A stretch of 64,000 nt of DNA from Eutreptiella sp. 'Long Island Sound 2002' (taxonomy: Eukaryota; Protista; Euglenida): contig OZ038379.1 of the NCBI GenBank assembly GCA_964036045.1, positions 19,530,001-19,594,000 on the forward strand, given 5' to 3'. The position numbers were made by a program, and so were the translations under genes. The notes below the pieces were generated by a model. That model saw nothing but the letters and a program-made list of their open reading frames with translations, was not told the DNA's origin and searched no databases. Positions 24,601 through 36,130 of this stretch are shown here, piece after piece. Every line of letters begins with the position of its first letter. Positions within the stretch are counted from its first letter, which is position 1.

Positions 24601-27600
24601 CTCAGAAAGGAGGGGGGGCGGGCACAGAGTCACTTTCCGAAGATCCCAAAGGGTGAGCCACACCTGCCGGTAGTGCAATAGCAGGGCGACTCGTGTCATG
24701 AGACTCAGCAAGCTGAGGGGGACCCCATGACCCCGGTTACAAATTAGTTTAACTTCTTTATCCAGCAGTGCTGGATATATCAGAAATTAAGCTGACAAGA
24801 ACAGATACTACACTTGATCTTAGCCAAAAGGCCGAGAAGGTATGCGTATGCATACGTGCTTTGGGCGCCAATGATCTATCCACGTCCAGTTCATACATGT
24901 GGTCTTCACTGGCCGTGTCTTGTCGTCCTTTTCAATAGGAGTAGGAGAGGGAATCCTTAAAACATCCAACTTAGCATCTCTAAAGGATCGATAGCATCTC
25001 TAAAGGATAGGCTCACACGAAGAAGCTCCAAAAAAAAACAATGTCAGTGGTGCGACCCGCACAGATCAGCATATCCATCTGCTCTTGATGCTCAAGATAC
25101 CCACCATGCTCCAAAAAAAAACAATGTCAGTCGCACGAAGAAGCTCCAAAAAAAACAATGTCAGTGGTGCGACCCGCACAGGTCAGCATATCTATCTGGT
25201 CTTGATGCTCAAGATACCCACCATGTTGGAGCATGCGAGACCAGGTGTTAAAACAAATAAAAATAAGGTCCTACCCGGATTCGAACCGGGGTTACAGGAA
25301 TCAGGATCCTGGGTGCTAACCACTACACTATAGAACCTCGGCGACAAACTTTCAGACAAATAGAAGTATTCAGTGACAGAATGGTGCACACCTCGTGAAA
25401 CGCAACAACCACTGCTGGTGATGGTTTCACCGTTTGACCACAGAATGGATGGCTCTTCTGGGCCCTCCTCCAATTTTCCAAGTATCCCTCCTCCAATTTT
25501 CCAAGTATAATTTGCAGTTTTTCTGAATTGTGGCATGTGGGTGACAACATGGTTCTTCTCAATGGCTCACCAAAGCAAGCCATCTGAGTGCAGGAGGTCC
25601 ACTGGGGGCAGTCAGGCAGTACACTCCTCCCCAAACGAGTGCGACACAGTTCAGCTCAACGTAGTCTCTCAATGTCAGTGTGCTTGCAGGTCATGTCCAT
25701 CAAAACCCAGTTTCGACCCCCATCCCGTTAAATGAAAGAGCATTGGTGGTTGCAAAGCGTTTGGCAGCGGTAGCAGGTGCAGACTAGCCGTTTTGCATGC
25801 AGCATTTTGTTTTCGAGGCACGGGGTGGTGCCCTCTTGGCCTCCTCCACCTTGGATTGATTCCCTGCCCAGCCCCAGTTTTGGGCTGCACCCCCGGCAAT
25901 TGAAAGTGCGGTGCCATGCGCCTACAAGGCCAGGACTGGTGGTGGAGGGTCACTGCGCAGACACCTGACGATAGGCGGCCAAAGTCAAAATTACGTCGAC
26001 AACAATCACAAAATAGTGCAGCCGGGACATGGACGGCAACGCACGCTTGGCGCTGTGGGCCTTGCCAGAGGCGGTCGCTCCCAGAGACTCACATTTGGAT
26101 GCAAGCAAAGACTCAATCCGGATCATCTTCTGATCTCTCAAATGAACCAGCTTCAGTTTGGAGTGTGTGTCTGCCTACAGTGCAGCGAAAGATGGGGCCT
26201 GTGGGGCAGTGACAGTGTTCTGGCACAGAAAAGACCATGACGGAGCCGATCTGTGTGTGTGATGGCAGTGGGTTCACGGGTTCTGGGCGAAGGTGTAAGT
26301 GGAACCTTTGGTAGACAAACCTTGTGTAACACAGCCACCTACCAGGAGATACTGGATTGCAACCACTCAAAGGCACATAACTTCAAAAAGGAGCGGGTAT
26401 GAAAGATGATGCAAATGGATGTAAGGAACAAAATGCACTGTGAGAGCGAGAACATACTGCATTTATGCTTGTCAGAGCGTTGTCCGCATACAGCACGGCA
26501 TCAAGAAAGTGTTGCGGATATGAGGGGGGGGGGGGGGATACTTGGCGCTCACACCTGCCATGGCAGGTGTCGGCAGGTGTCACAAAAAAATGTTGGCAGG
26601 TGTCAGGCAGTTTGGTAGAGGCGCATAGAAACACACACACAGACACAACCCCCAAACTTACATGTACAGGAAACCAGGCCATGCTCTGCAAAATAAAAGA
26701 AATATATCTTGGACTGGCAATGACAGAGGGAAGAACGCACTGACCCCTGCACACATACACACCACAAGTCACGAAAAAGGTCCGGCAGGTGTCGGCAGGT
26801 GTATATAAAAGGTTTGGGGAATCTCGAAGATGCTGCCAAAAAAACTAATGGCACTAGGTCTTACTGTAAACCCCCGCCCCAAAAATAAGCCCCCAAAATA
26901 AGAACATGCCCCAAACTAAGAACCGCCCCAAAAATAAGAACCACCTTGGACACAAGCAAGACAAAAGCGGGGAACACTAAAGATTTTTTTGTGCATCAGT
27001 TACTTGCGGAAATAGGAAGTGATGGTAGCTTGGCGCTTTGCTGCTGGCAGGTTGCAGACAGGATCAGGTTCAGGCACTGCCTGGGCCCTTGCAGCTACCA
27101 TTTGCTGAACATCCTGCTCCACCTCAGACATTGCAACAAAAGTGTAAGAGGGCAGAACCCACAGCTTGATGTCAGATAGGTCAGCAGGGATATCGCCCAT
27201 CTTTTTGAAGATCTCTTGTCGCTTGGCATTGCCAGCACTGATGGTTAAGCTGTGAGCCTTGGCGACAATTGTGGAAAATTGCGAAAAATTGGGGACCCCA
27301 ACCCCCCCCACCCCTTCATGCTTGAGGAGGGGGCAGGAGGGTCAGGTCTGCACAATTTTAACAAACAGCTGAAAGCCAACCAACAATGCTCAGACACACT
27401 GGGAGACGTTGCAGACTGCAGGGGATGGAAGGAGGTCGGGAGAGGCAGACCTGATGGTCATCCACTGTGCAAAAGTGGGACAGGGTGCGCGTGAGCTCTG
27501 CAAGGCCCGCATCGCTGTCGTCGCCGATCTCCTCCAGTTTGCGCTGCAGACTCAGGATGTCGGCCTTCACGACACCCAGAAAGGCCCGCTCTTCCGTCGG

Positions 27601-30600
27601 GTGCACTTCGGTTCCAACAGCCGTGCTGTGGACACACAGCGCGGGGGGGCGTGAGGCCAGCATCACAGAGTGAAGGCGTTCAAGAACCCGATGAGACCGC
27701 ACATTGAGCTGATGTGCCCACTTGAACCGCTAACGTCAACAAAATTGAGTGACCCCACAGGGGGGATTGGCAACACCCAAGGGATCTGGCACCCAGTGGG
27801 CCATCACTGGGCCCCTGGGGCATGCAGTGGAGCTGTCAGTGCGCGCAGGGGATCGGGCACCAAGAGGGCCAACCCTGCCTCCCCTGCAGCGCAACGTCTT
27901 TTTGTTCGCCTGTGCCCAAGGGATCCAGCACCCAGTGAGCCACCACTGGGGCCCCTGAGGTGCCCTGTGGAAAGGAGTGCTGGGCCAGGAAAGGGAAAGA
28001 ATCTCCGACAAAACCAGAGTGGCCAAAATCAAGGATGGCGGTGCAGCCACCGTGCAGCATAAATCACCCGTGACACCACACAGGCGCATACGCCACCCGC
28101 GTCAACCATATCGGAGTGCACCCCACCCACACAGCGCGCGCTACCCGCGACCATCAAGGAGCACGCCATGCGCGCGCGCAACCCACGGAGTGGTGGAGAG
28201 TAGGGGTGGACGGCCGGTACAACACGCGGAGGAGTGGGGCACCTGGGCCTCACGCACACAGAAACGCGGCGAGGCATGTGGTGGGGGACCGCAGGCATGT
28301 ATGAGTTTGGGCTTCAACCAGGTCTGATTTGGAGAATAAAGATGCCCTCGTGTCACACTTTGGAGTGCATCGCCTCCATTTGCAAATTTCTTCACTTTGC
28401 ATTTGGTTGATGAGGACTCACCCTCCCCCCTGTGTGACATCCCGTCAGGTTGCTGTTTGTTTATGGGACCCTGGACAGTCACCCGTTTTTCCCCTGGCAT
28501 GCTGCATCAGGTCGCTGCGGTTTGTCGGCTGCTGCGGCCTGTGCTCCTGCTGGTGTTGTTTCCGATTTCGCAGAGCCCAGTCGTTGGTGTACCAGGGCTG
28601 TGCTGGTTGCGCTGGGTGTCGTTTGTGTGTTAGCGGTGCCCAGTAGCTGGCATACCGGGGTGGTGTTGGTTGTTGCCGGGGTCGGCTGACAGTTTTCCCT
28701 GCCCGTGCACCTCGACTAGTACAACATTGACGACATACTCTTGTGCGACATAATAGTGTGTGGAACAGTGTCAATTGCAAAGAAAGGACTTGACAGGGGG
28801 GGCTTCTGCAACCCACACTCTGCGCACTGCAAGAATCTGCAAAACCCTGCAAGAATCGGGGACAGCCCAGACGGTCTCTGTGGCCCAACCAATTCACAGC
28901 CGTAAGCTAAGAGAGGGCGAGGGGAGGACATACCTGAGGGAGCCCGAGCGAGCGCTGATGCTGCCGCGGGCGGGGGCAGTGATCGGGGGGGTGGTCAGGC
29001 CCAGCATCGGGGCACTGGCCCAGGCCCGGCCAACGTCTTTCGGGGTTTCCTTTCGGAGCGCCGAAGGTGGGATGGGAGGCGCCACGTCAGTTTCGGTGGC
29101 AGGGGCGATGGACTGCAGAGCGGACAGCAATGAAGGTGCAGGGCAGGACGTCACGCACAGGGAGGGTAGGGCCTCAATTGGTCAGGTGTGGACCCGCCAC
29201 TTAGCTCCAGCCGCGCCTGCCTCACGACCTTCATTGCCAACTCAGTTCCATGATTGTGCGTGCCACGCGGACAGTGCTTTGGTAGGGGGGGGGGGGTGAC
29301 CTAATTAAAAAAGGGTAAGGGGGGGGGGGGGTAGTGGTCCTGCGGAGCGGGGGCGGGGGGGGGGCACCAACTTTCGGTCGAAAACGGGGAGGGGTGACCC
29401 GGGTCAGGGGCCATGATATCAGCATGATCCTGATCCCATGCCTCACTTCATTTGTTCCATGACATGGAGGGAATGTTTGCCCGGCACGCCCGGCGCGCCT
29501 GGCATCCAAATGAATGTTCCGGCCATCTATCCCAATGCTTTACCCCCATCATACCGAGCTCAGGGTGCCCTTTTCACAATTGCAAAAGAACAAGTCATTC
29601 ACGCATGATTTGAAAAAGTGATGGCGAGAGAGTGTAATGACAATGTTATCGTCTCTTGGAATTTTGCTTCCTCTCTTGGACACTAAAATAAGTGCCCAAA
29701 TCCCACTGTGCTAGGCTAGGTCACAAAATCCCATACAGACACATGTCCCCAAACGGTTGAAGGTAGGGCGGTGACCGTTGAAACTTTGCCCGACACGCGC
29801 GGCGCGCTACCGTTTCCTGGTAGTGTCCGTTTGCACTGCGACTGCTGCTGGTCTCTAGGCATGGCTTCAGGGTCTCCTTGATGACACATCCATCATAGCT
29901 ATGGCCCAGATCTCAGGCAGAATTTATTGAAATACCATGCACGTGATGCTCGTTCTCACTGGAATTCCATCGCCTTGGACAAGGCACTTCCACCTCAAAG
30001 ACTGGTCTGGTCTACTGGGCTCTGGCTACAACATATCATCCCTCACAATGATCGCCATGGTGTGCTGATCATTTTGAGAGCTAAATTGCGTTCAGGGTGG
30101 AACGATTTTGGTGCACAAAAAATTACCCCAAAACATCCCCCCTCCTGTGGGTCTTGTGGGTCTGCATGGTCGCCACTAAGGGGGTAGCCGTTAAGAACGG
30201 GTGGGGGCGAGGTGGGGAGGGTGCAAGGAGGAGGGGTTCATGTCATCTGGCAAGAAAGGCAGGGAACCGTCATGGAACCAGCACGTTTTCGCTTGGCTGA
30301 CAGCAATCGCAGTATCAATTACACCTGCCGCCATCTGCACAACTTGATCCCATACCACATTTTCTCCTCCTCACCGACGCATATGACCACCGGAGATCAC
30401 CGCCTCTCGGGAAAGGGGGGGGTTCCACCGCGATGGCATAGATACGCACTGGCCATAATATCCATTTTCATGGCAGCTCGAGAGCCCCCCCCCCCCCCTT
30501 GTCCAACTCCGCGGGGGAAGGGGTGAAGGAAGGAATACACATTCTGGAGCTCAGTCCCTTGGGTCAGTGTGTCCAGGCCCTCATACCCCCATCCGCAGCA

Positions 30601-31035
30601 CCCGTGTGTGCATGGGGCCCTCACCGCCCCATCAGGGCTCCTGTCCGTCATCCCTGTGCAACTCTGAGGAGGCCTGGCCATGTCCCGCACATACTTTCGG
30701 TGTTGTCGATGCGGGGGAAGGGCTCCATAGCCCTCGACAACCCTCGGCCAGACAAACGCGCAGGGCACCCCCAACAGCCACACCTCCGAACTCGGCGGCG
30801 CCCTGCGACTGAAATCGGCGCGGGGCATGTGCACGACGCCGGGGGTGCTCTGGCTGCGGGCGCTGAGGCACTCTGCATCAGGGGCAGCGGCCTTGGGCCG
30901 TGGCTGCGTGGCAGAGTGCGGGCGGATGAGGCCGCTGCGGCCCTTCCCCTCCTTCTGGGGCCGCAGAACGGTGCGCAGGCTGCGGACCGTGGCGGGCCGG
31001 AGCGGGGCCGTGGCGGTCATGGCGGCGGCAGACGC
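12626..31035 (-). CDS. Gene 1: multi-exon coiled-coil protein (5' end not found; 3' end uncertain)
   Basis: GT-AG exons with consistent phases: 31035-30784, 29112-28934, 27625-27451, 24497-24246, 22797-22588, 21835-21290, 14107-13948, 12741-about 12626. Products are Ser/Pro-rich, then long heptad-like E/Q/L/A/R-rich segments. Confidence 0.7.
14316..14812. repeat. 21-bp minisatellite (GGGTATGCCCTAGACCCATTC)n in two head-to-head inverted arrays
   Basis: About 15 forward units (14316-14645), then about 8 reverse-complement units; the switch is at CTAG 14643-14646. Confidence 0.95.
15236..18198. promoter_or_regulatory. Eight copies of the 16-bp palindrome TGTCTGGWWCCAGACA in four pairs
   Basis: Starts at 15236/15297, 16291/16352, 17949/18009 and 18121/18183; 0-2 mismatches; all outside the inferred coding exons. 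Function is inferred, not shown. Confidence 0.75.
15531..17867 (-). pseudogene. Spliced gene of the TIR element: transposase-like N-terminal part plus methyltransferase-like fold, decayed
   Basis: ORF 17867-17076 (VVVQFDNWY...LNITAMSVL), an apparent frameshift near 17190 and a stop at 17033-17035. Intron 16441-16233 (AAG|GTATTA...TTCCCTTATACAG|GTG) joins PKK to VPRYF in phase 0. In-frame stop at 15726; terminal stop 15531-15533. Confidence 0.65.
19880..20735 (-). repeat. R1 repeat, longest copy
   Basis: Contains both the 3' part (matches 1-308) and the 5' part (matches 27669-28276) contiguously. Confidence 0.9.
24654..24843 (-). ncRNA. U2: U2 small nuclear RNA
   Basis: ATACCTTCTCGGCCTTTTGGCTAAGATCAAGTGTAGTATCTGTTCTTGTCAGCTTAATTTCTGATA has the conserved 5' domain and GUAGUA branch-pairing motif. 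The 3' stem-loop IV (GAGTCGCCCTGC-TATTGCACTACC-GGCAGGTGTGGCTC) carries the AUUGCA loop. Length about 190 nt. Confidence 0.97.
25016..25226. repeat. Two near-identical direct repeats of about 94 bp between the tRNA and U2
   Basis: 25016-25109 and 25134-25226; also a 17-bp duplication TAGCATCTCTAAAGGAT at 24972 and 24992. Confidence 0.9.
25266..25337 (-). tRNA. trnQ-CUG: tRNA-Gln (anticodon CUG) with atypical anticodon loop
   Basis: GGTTCTA TA GTGT-AGTGGTTA-GCAC C CAGGA-TCCTGAT-TCCTG TAAC CCCGG-TTCGAAT-CCGGG TAGGACC T: all four stems pair, A and B boxes are intact and a TTTTT terminator follows. Confidence 0.9.
26870..27311 (-). mobile_element. Probable DNA-transposon end: ORF tail followed by subterminal AAAATAAGAAC repeats
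   Basis: ORF 27311-27000 ends KRQATITSYFRK*; 3-4 AAAATAAG(AAC) copies at 26880-26942; the same motif occurs inverted at 40160-40190 and 40577-40640. Confidence 0.4.
27669..28276 (+). repeat. R1 repeat, 5' part
   Basis: Reverse-complement match to 20220-20735. Confidence 0.85.
28425..28713 (-). repeat. R1 repeat, 3' part (inverted relative to the adjacent 5' part)
   Basis: Reverse-complement match to about 47-308. Confidence 0.9.
30461..30745 (+). repeat. R2 repeat of about 285 bp, copy 1
   Basis: High-identity inverted match to 39549-39826 with shared boundaries (TCCATTTTCATGGCAGCTCGAGAGCCCC...GACAACCCTC). Confidence 0.92.
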
Positions 31036-34000
31036 CTGGGGGCAGGGGAGGGAGCCCCCACACTCCGGGCGGAGCATCCGATGAGGCGAGGGGGAGGAGG
31101 GCACTAGCACATGATGTCTGTCACATGGAGACGGAGGGCGATGGGCTGAGGCCGCAGGGGAGGGGGGGGGGTGGGGCTTTCTGTTGACGGGGACAAAGGC
31201 CACAACATATCCTCGGCCTCGTGTGCCGCCACGGCCTTCATTGCTCTCCGTTCCACGAGTCGTGATTTCAAGTGCGCTGCCCCAAGGGCGCAGTTCTGCA
31301 CGGCGGGCGCACAGCGCAAGCACAGCGCCCATTGCTGGGGTTTGTCCCCAGAACCGACCACAAGACCACAAACCACTCCAAACACCGCCTGCATGGGCCA
31401 AAGGAGTGCAACGTTCCTGTTGCTTGTCACTTGGCTCGATGATGCAGTGCTTTCCTTTGCGGGTGCGTGTGTGGCTTGCACTTCGTGTTGGGTGACACCC
31501 ATCATGGAGCACAGGGGCCCATCACAGCAGCTGAAACAGATCTGTGCCCCCTGAGTTCATTCATGGGGTTGGGAAAAGAGTCGAGCCGCTTCCCGACCAC
31601 CTGTGCGCTGTGTGTGTGCACCTGTTGTGGTGGGGGTAGAGGCCAGTTCCAGTTGGTTACCGCCGGTGTCATGGTCCATGGGGCTCACGCCTCCGTGGCT
31701 TTGTGGCGTGGGTACCTGTGAGAGGTCATCCAGCCTGCAACACTGCCCTATGGCCGGCCCTCTGGGCCATGTTGCGTCTGGATCGCATAAAGGCGGGGTC
31801 GGATTGTCGGGGATCAATGGTCGGTTCTGATAGACTGAATGCCCCCACCATAGACACTTCCAGCCATTAGTTCCAGTGTGCAAACAATGTACGACAAAGT
31901 GTCCCCTTCTTGGTTGGGGTGCTCCACTAGTCCATGTACAAGGATATGTACAGCAGATGTGGCTCTTGCGGTCCGTTGTTCCTGTCTAGGTACCTACAAT
32001 TCAATCTGTCGTCAGGGGGCAGGCCCCTTGCCACCCCCCCTGCACCCCCTCCGATGGATGACCCACACTCCTCCAGCACACTGCCGTCCTGTCATCTCGA
32101 ACACCACAGGCGACATGCCTAGAAATACAGCGCACCACTGATGCGGAACATTTGTTAATCTGCGATCCCCCAGACTCTGTGCTGCAACTCCCCATGTCAT
32201 TCGCAATGAACAGCACCCTCCGAAATTAATGGGGGCGGTTGTGCACAGCGCGCACACAGCACATTCAGCACGCAGTTTACAAAGCAAAACTGGGGAAATT
32301 TAGGGTAAACAGCAATATTCTTGCCTATTTCAACAATACTACACCCCCACAATGCTAGACAACCACATATTCCAACTCCCCCAACTTCTGCCCATCAACA
32401 ACAAAAATCAACAATTACATAGCATACCATGAAAAATTTCATTGGTGGGGCATGGAATGATGAATTGCTGTTTGGAATTTGGACCGCATCTGTTTGTTCT
32501 TTCTAGTTGCATATTTGTGGTGTCTATCATGTAACAGACTGCACCAAAGTACTTCTGCTGCAGCCAGGTTGATTGATGGCGGCCCGGGTGCGTTCATCGG
32601 TGCTGTCGATACTCTTTGCCAATGGGCACTGCGCCAAGGCCTTTCACTCCATCATGGTTGGGTGCAGGTCGTGAGCAGAGGCTGTGAAGGGGTTGGCTGC
32701 TGCCAATGCCGCCTCCGCCGATGCGATGGTTGCCGGGTTGCGTGATGGTGACAACTCCAGCCGGTGCCTTCCATCATGCTCTCTGTGTGGTGCAATTTCT
32801 TGCGCACGCTATGCGGCTCCTGTGGTGACTGTAGCACATGCTGCACCGCTGCCGCGCCCGCTGCTGGGGCCATCAGTTGCGCTCCCGGCGCTGGCTGTGC
32901 TGTGTGTGGGGATCAATGCTGTGTGTGGGGGGGGGGGGGGGGGCTGGTTGTCCCCCCGGAAAGATGTGGGGTATCGAGGTCGTCGCCGCTTGTGCTTGCA
33001 CTGGCGTTGCAGGATGCGGGGCCCCTCCTGTCATTTCCCCCAGAGGTAGACATGGGGTCACAACAGAATACAAAGAAAGACAGTTATGGCAATGGTAGGT
33101 GGCAAAACTGTAGTTTTTGGGAAAACTTGGGTTTACCTTCCACATCACCACGCACCTGTTTCACATAACACCCTCCCTAAAGATAATGGCCAGTATGCAC
33201 CCACCCGTTAAGGTGACTAATGATCCATCCACATATAGACCTTTACGTCCGTTGATGCTTATGTCTGGAGGCTAGAGCAGCATCGAGAGAGTCACTGATG
33301 TGATTGTCCCACCAGTTCAGGGCCTGTGGACCCACGCCTTCATCGTTGCGCATGGAGGTGTTCGGCGGCCCAGTCAGAGGCGCTTTGCCGGGGGTGTGCT
33401 GCATGTTACCACACATCAAACTAAAAAAATTTCACTTGCTACAACTACTGCAAAGATTTTTTTTGTAGAAACAGAGCAAGTTTAAACAAATTTTCTTGCA
33501 GATTTTCTGAAACATGAAAAAGCTGATGTATTGTTCCCAAGCGAATATTCTACCTGTATTTTTGCACTCACAATTGGTCATGAGATGTCTTTTTGAGTGA
33601 TTTCAATTGATTTCACAGCAATATTGCCGAATCAAAAACAAAAATAGAAGGCATATCAAAATGAGTGCCTAATGTTTCGCCATAACAGTGGTGAACAAAC
33701 ACAATACAACATATTATTCAATTTTTGGACAAATACCATTCGAGTCTTTTGACCTTTCTCCAAACTGCAAGTGTTGCTCCCAGCTCAAGGTTGGATAGGT
33801 GCCTGCCTCAACTGGCGTCGAGGGTTCAACCCACCCCAAACTAGCAAGAACCCCTTGGGTCAAGTTTCACAGCATACGGCTATCTCAACAAAATTAGAAA
33901 ACTTTCAGAAAAGGTTAGGGTTTTGGTGAACATTCCTGTCTCCGTCCTGGAAAGTGCATATGCAAAATGGTAGGAACCTCTGGTATTACAACCACCACCC

Positions 34001-34749
34001 CAAACTCCAGAGCTGAGGTTGGCATACGATTTCGTCTACCTCAGCTGCCCAGGCTGCACAGTGCACCGGAAAGTGCACCCGTTTTGGTTTTGTCCCGCCC
34101 CATAAATGTCCCAAGTGGCTTCCTCCACTTCATGAACATAGATGCCTTAGCTGTAATACAGGGACCCAAAATGCGACAGACAAACGGAGGTAACAATAGA
34201 TGAACAAGAAATGCAGTACCGAGTACAAAGCAGCCACTACGTGGATCAATCGTGCCGAAAGTGCTGAAGCAAAATCTTGGCCTAATCTTTTAAGAGACAG
34301 AGAGCAATGGTCGGTTCTCATTGACTGAATGCCGCTGACATGGCCATTGGTTCGGATGATTGGATGCCGAGTATCCCGTGCATGGGGCAGTTAGTTGCAG
34401 GGAGAGGGGGGGGGGGGGTAAGGGGAGGGTTGGTGGGTGATGATAGAGTGAGAAGGTGTGGTTCCGGGTTGGCATAGTTGGAGGTAAACATGTTGGTTTC
34501 GCCGCCACATGCCCACAACTGGATGTTTTGAAAATCATTGTCTTCTTCAACACACATTTCTTCGAGCCGTTGGACTACCGGACCAATGGGGACAGTACAC
34601 CCGCTATTGTAGTGCCTTCTCGCAGCTTACCCCCCGTTGAATGCACCTTTGGTATGGTCGGGAGGGGGTGGACGATAGCGGTGCCCATTTAGGGGTGTTC
34701 TCAAAAATTTAAAACACAAATCCCCTTGGTGGAGAGCGACTTCGACCCC

Positions 34750-36130
34750 CTTATAAAACCCAGGTTGAGTCTCTGCCCCCCCCCCCCCCCCGGAACATTG
34801 GGAGGACCCCTCCGCATCCCCCTAAGCGCTCTTCTTAGAACTCCTCTAGCGCACCCCGTATTCCCTATGATTGCGCACCATAACAACCTAAATCTCCCAT
34901 GCAAAGCGTTCCCGATGGGTGGTGCCGTCTTCATGATTGTCTATCACCACCCCTGGAATTCCCCCAAAGCCGCCACCACTGGCGCCTCCTTCTCGGAGCA
35001 GTCCATAACCTCCTCCACCCCCGACTCCTCCCCCAACGAACCAAGAAGAGGACACATTTGCAATGTGCAAGACCCATTGGACTAATGCGGGGACATTTAG
35101 TCAGTTGATACCCGCCATTGATCCGCCCCCAACGACTCGATGAGCTCGCACAAGAGCCTACCTTGGGTAGACATCCACTTGGGGACGTGGGAGGCACCCT
35201 CTAGCTCCACAATAGTAGCCAAAGAAAGGGGGGGGGGGTCGCCTTGTCGACCTTCTCCGCCGGCTTACCCCCCCCCCCCTTCCTTGGCCCATCAACTTCC
35301 GTCCGCAGCGCAAAAATATTTCACATCAGCATGCGGAGTTGCTCTCCTTGCAAACGTATCATCTCCATGAGCTTCTCCAGTGTCTGCATACCCTCAGCCC
35401 CCCCCGTTGGCTAGGATTCTAAGCCGGGCGTCTACCTCCCCCACATCCTAGACCTCACCCACCCCCCTAAAGTGCACTTGGACGCGGTCCTCGTCCCTCA
35501 AGGCCGATTCCCCAAAAACCCAAACCTTCCCTTCCCTAATGAACCAAAAGAGCCCCTCCCAGCACCCCCACAACTGGCTGGTCGCATCTAGGATCTCGTG
35601 GTATGATGAACCCCACACCCACCACCATCCGCCCAGTCCCTCAACCCAGGTGCCAACCCGCGTTCCCCAGTCTCCCATCACGGTCGAGGGCTGAGCAACA
35701 TGAATTTTGGGGGTCCCATTCGCACCCCAGGCGCAGTGCTGTAGCCACCGGGCGCAATGCTGTAGCCACCGCCTCGCTGAGATGTATTGCTCGGTGCGCT
35801 TCCCGCCTTCAAATCCTGGTCCCTCAAGCCCCTTCCCATTATGGGACCCAGGTCACACAAGGCAGCCCTGGGCATGCATCTCTCCTCCTCCGTCTCCTCG
35901 CTATCCTGCCCAGCCCCCCCCCCCCCCCCCCACTGCAAACCATTGGAGGGAGTCAAAGCATGACTCACTCAAATCAGAAGAGTCCATGGCCTCAATGTAC
36001 ACACAGTCCTTAGTCATGCTCTCGGGTCCTCTCAAGCCGTCGCCTAGTGCCATTGCACTAGGACCTAGCAAGGGGAAGGCAACCAGGACCCTCATAAGGT
36101 TAGAAAACCCTGCAGCATAGCAACAAGAGG
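34750..36130 (-). pseudogene. Possible heavily decayed non-LTR reverse transcriptase
   Basis: Ordered weak motifs on the minus strand: ESCFDSL (RT domain 3-like), PGVRMGPP (domain 4-like), EVDARLRILA...LEKLMEMIRLQG (domain 5-6-like). Many stops. Confidence 0.35.

Noticed and set aside
26440-26520. LYADN as an RT YADD motif
   Set aside because: No flanking RT motifs in register.
30397-31512. 371-aa ORF as a single-exon gene
   Set aside because: Only 30784-31035 has splice sites and protein-like content; the rest is intron and R2 repeat.
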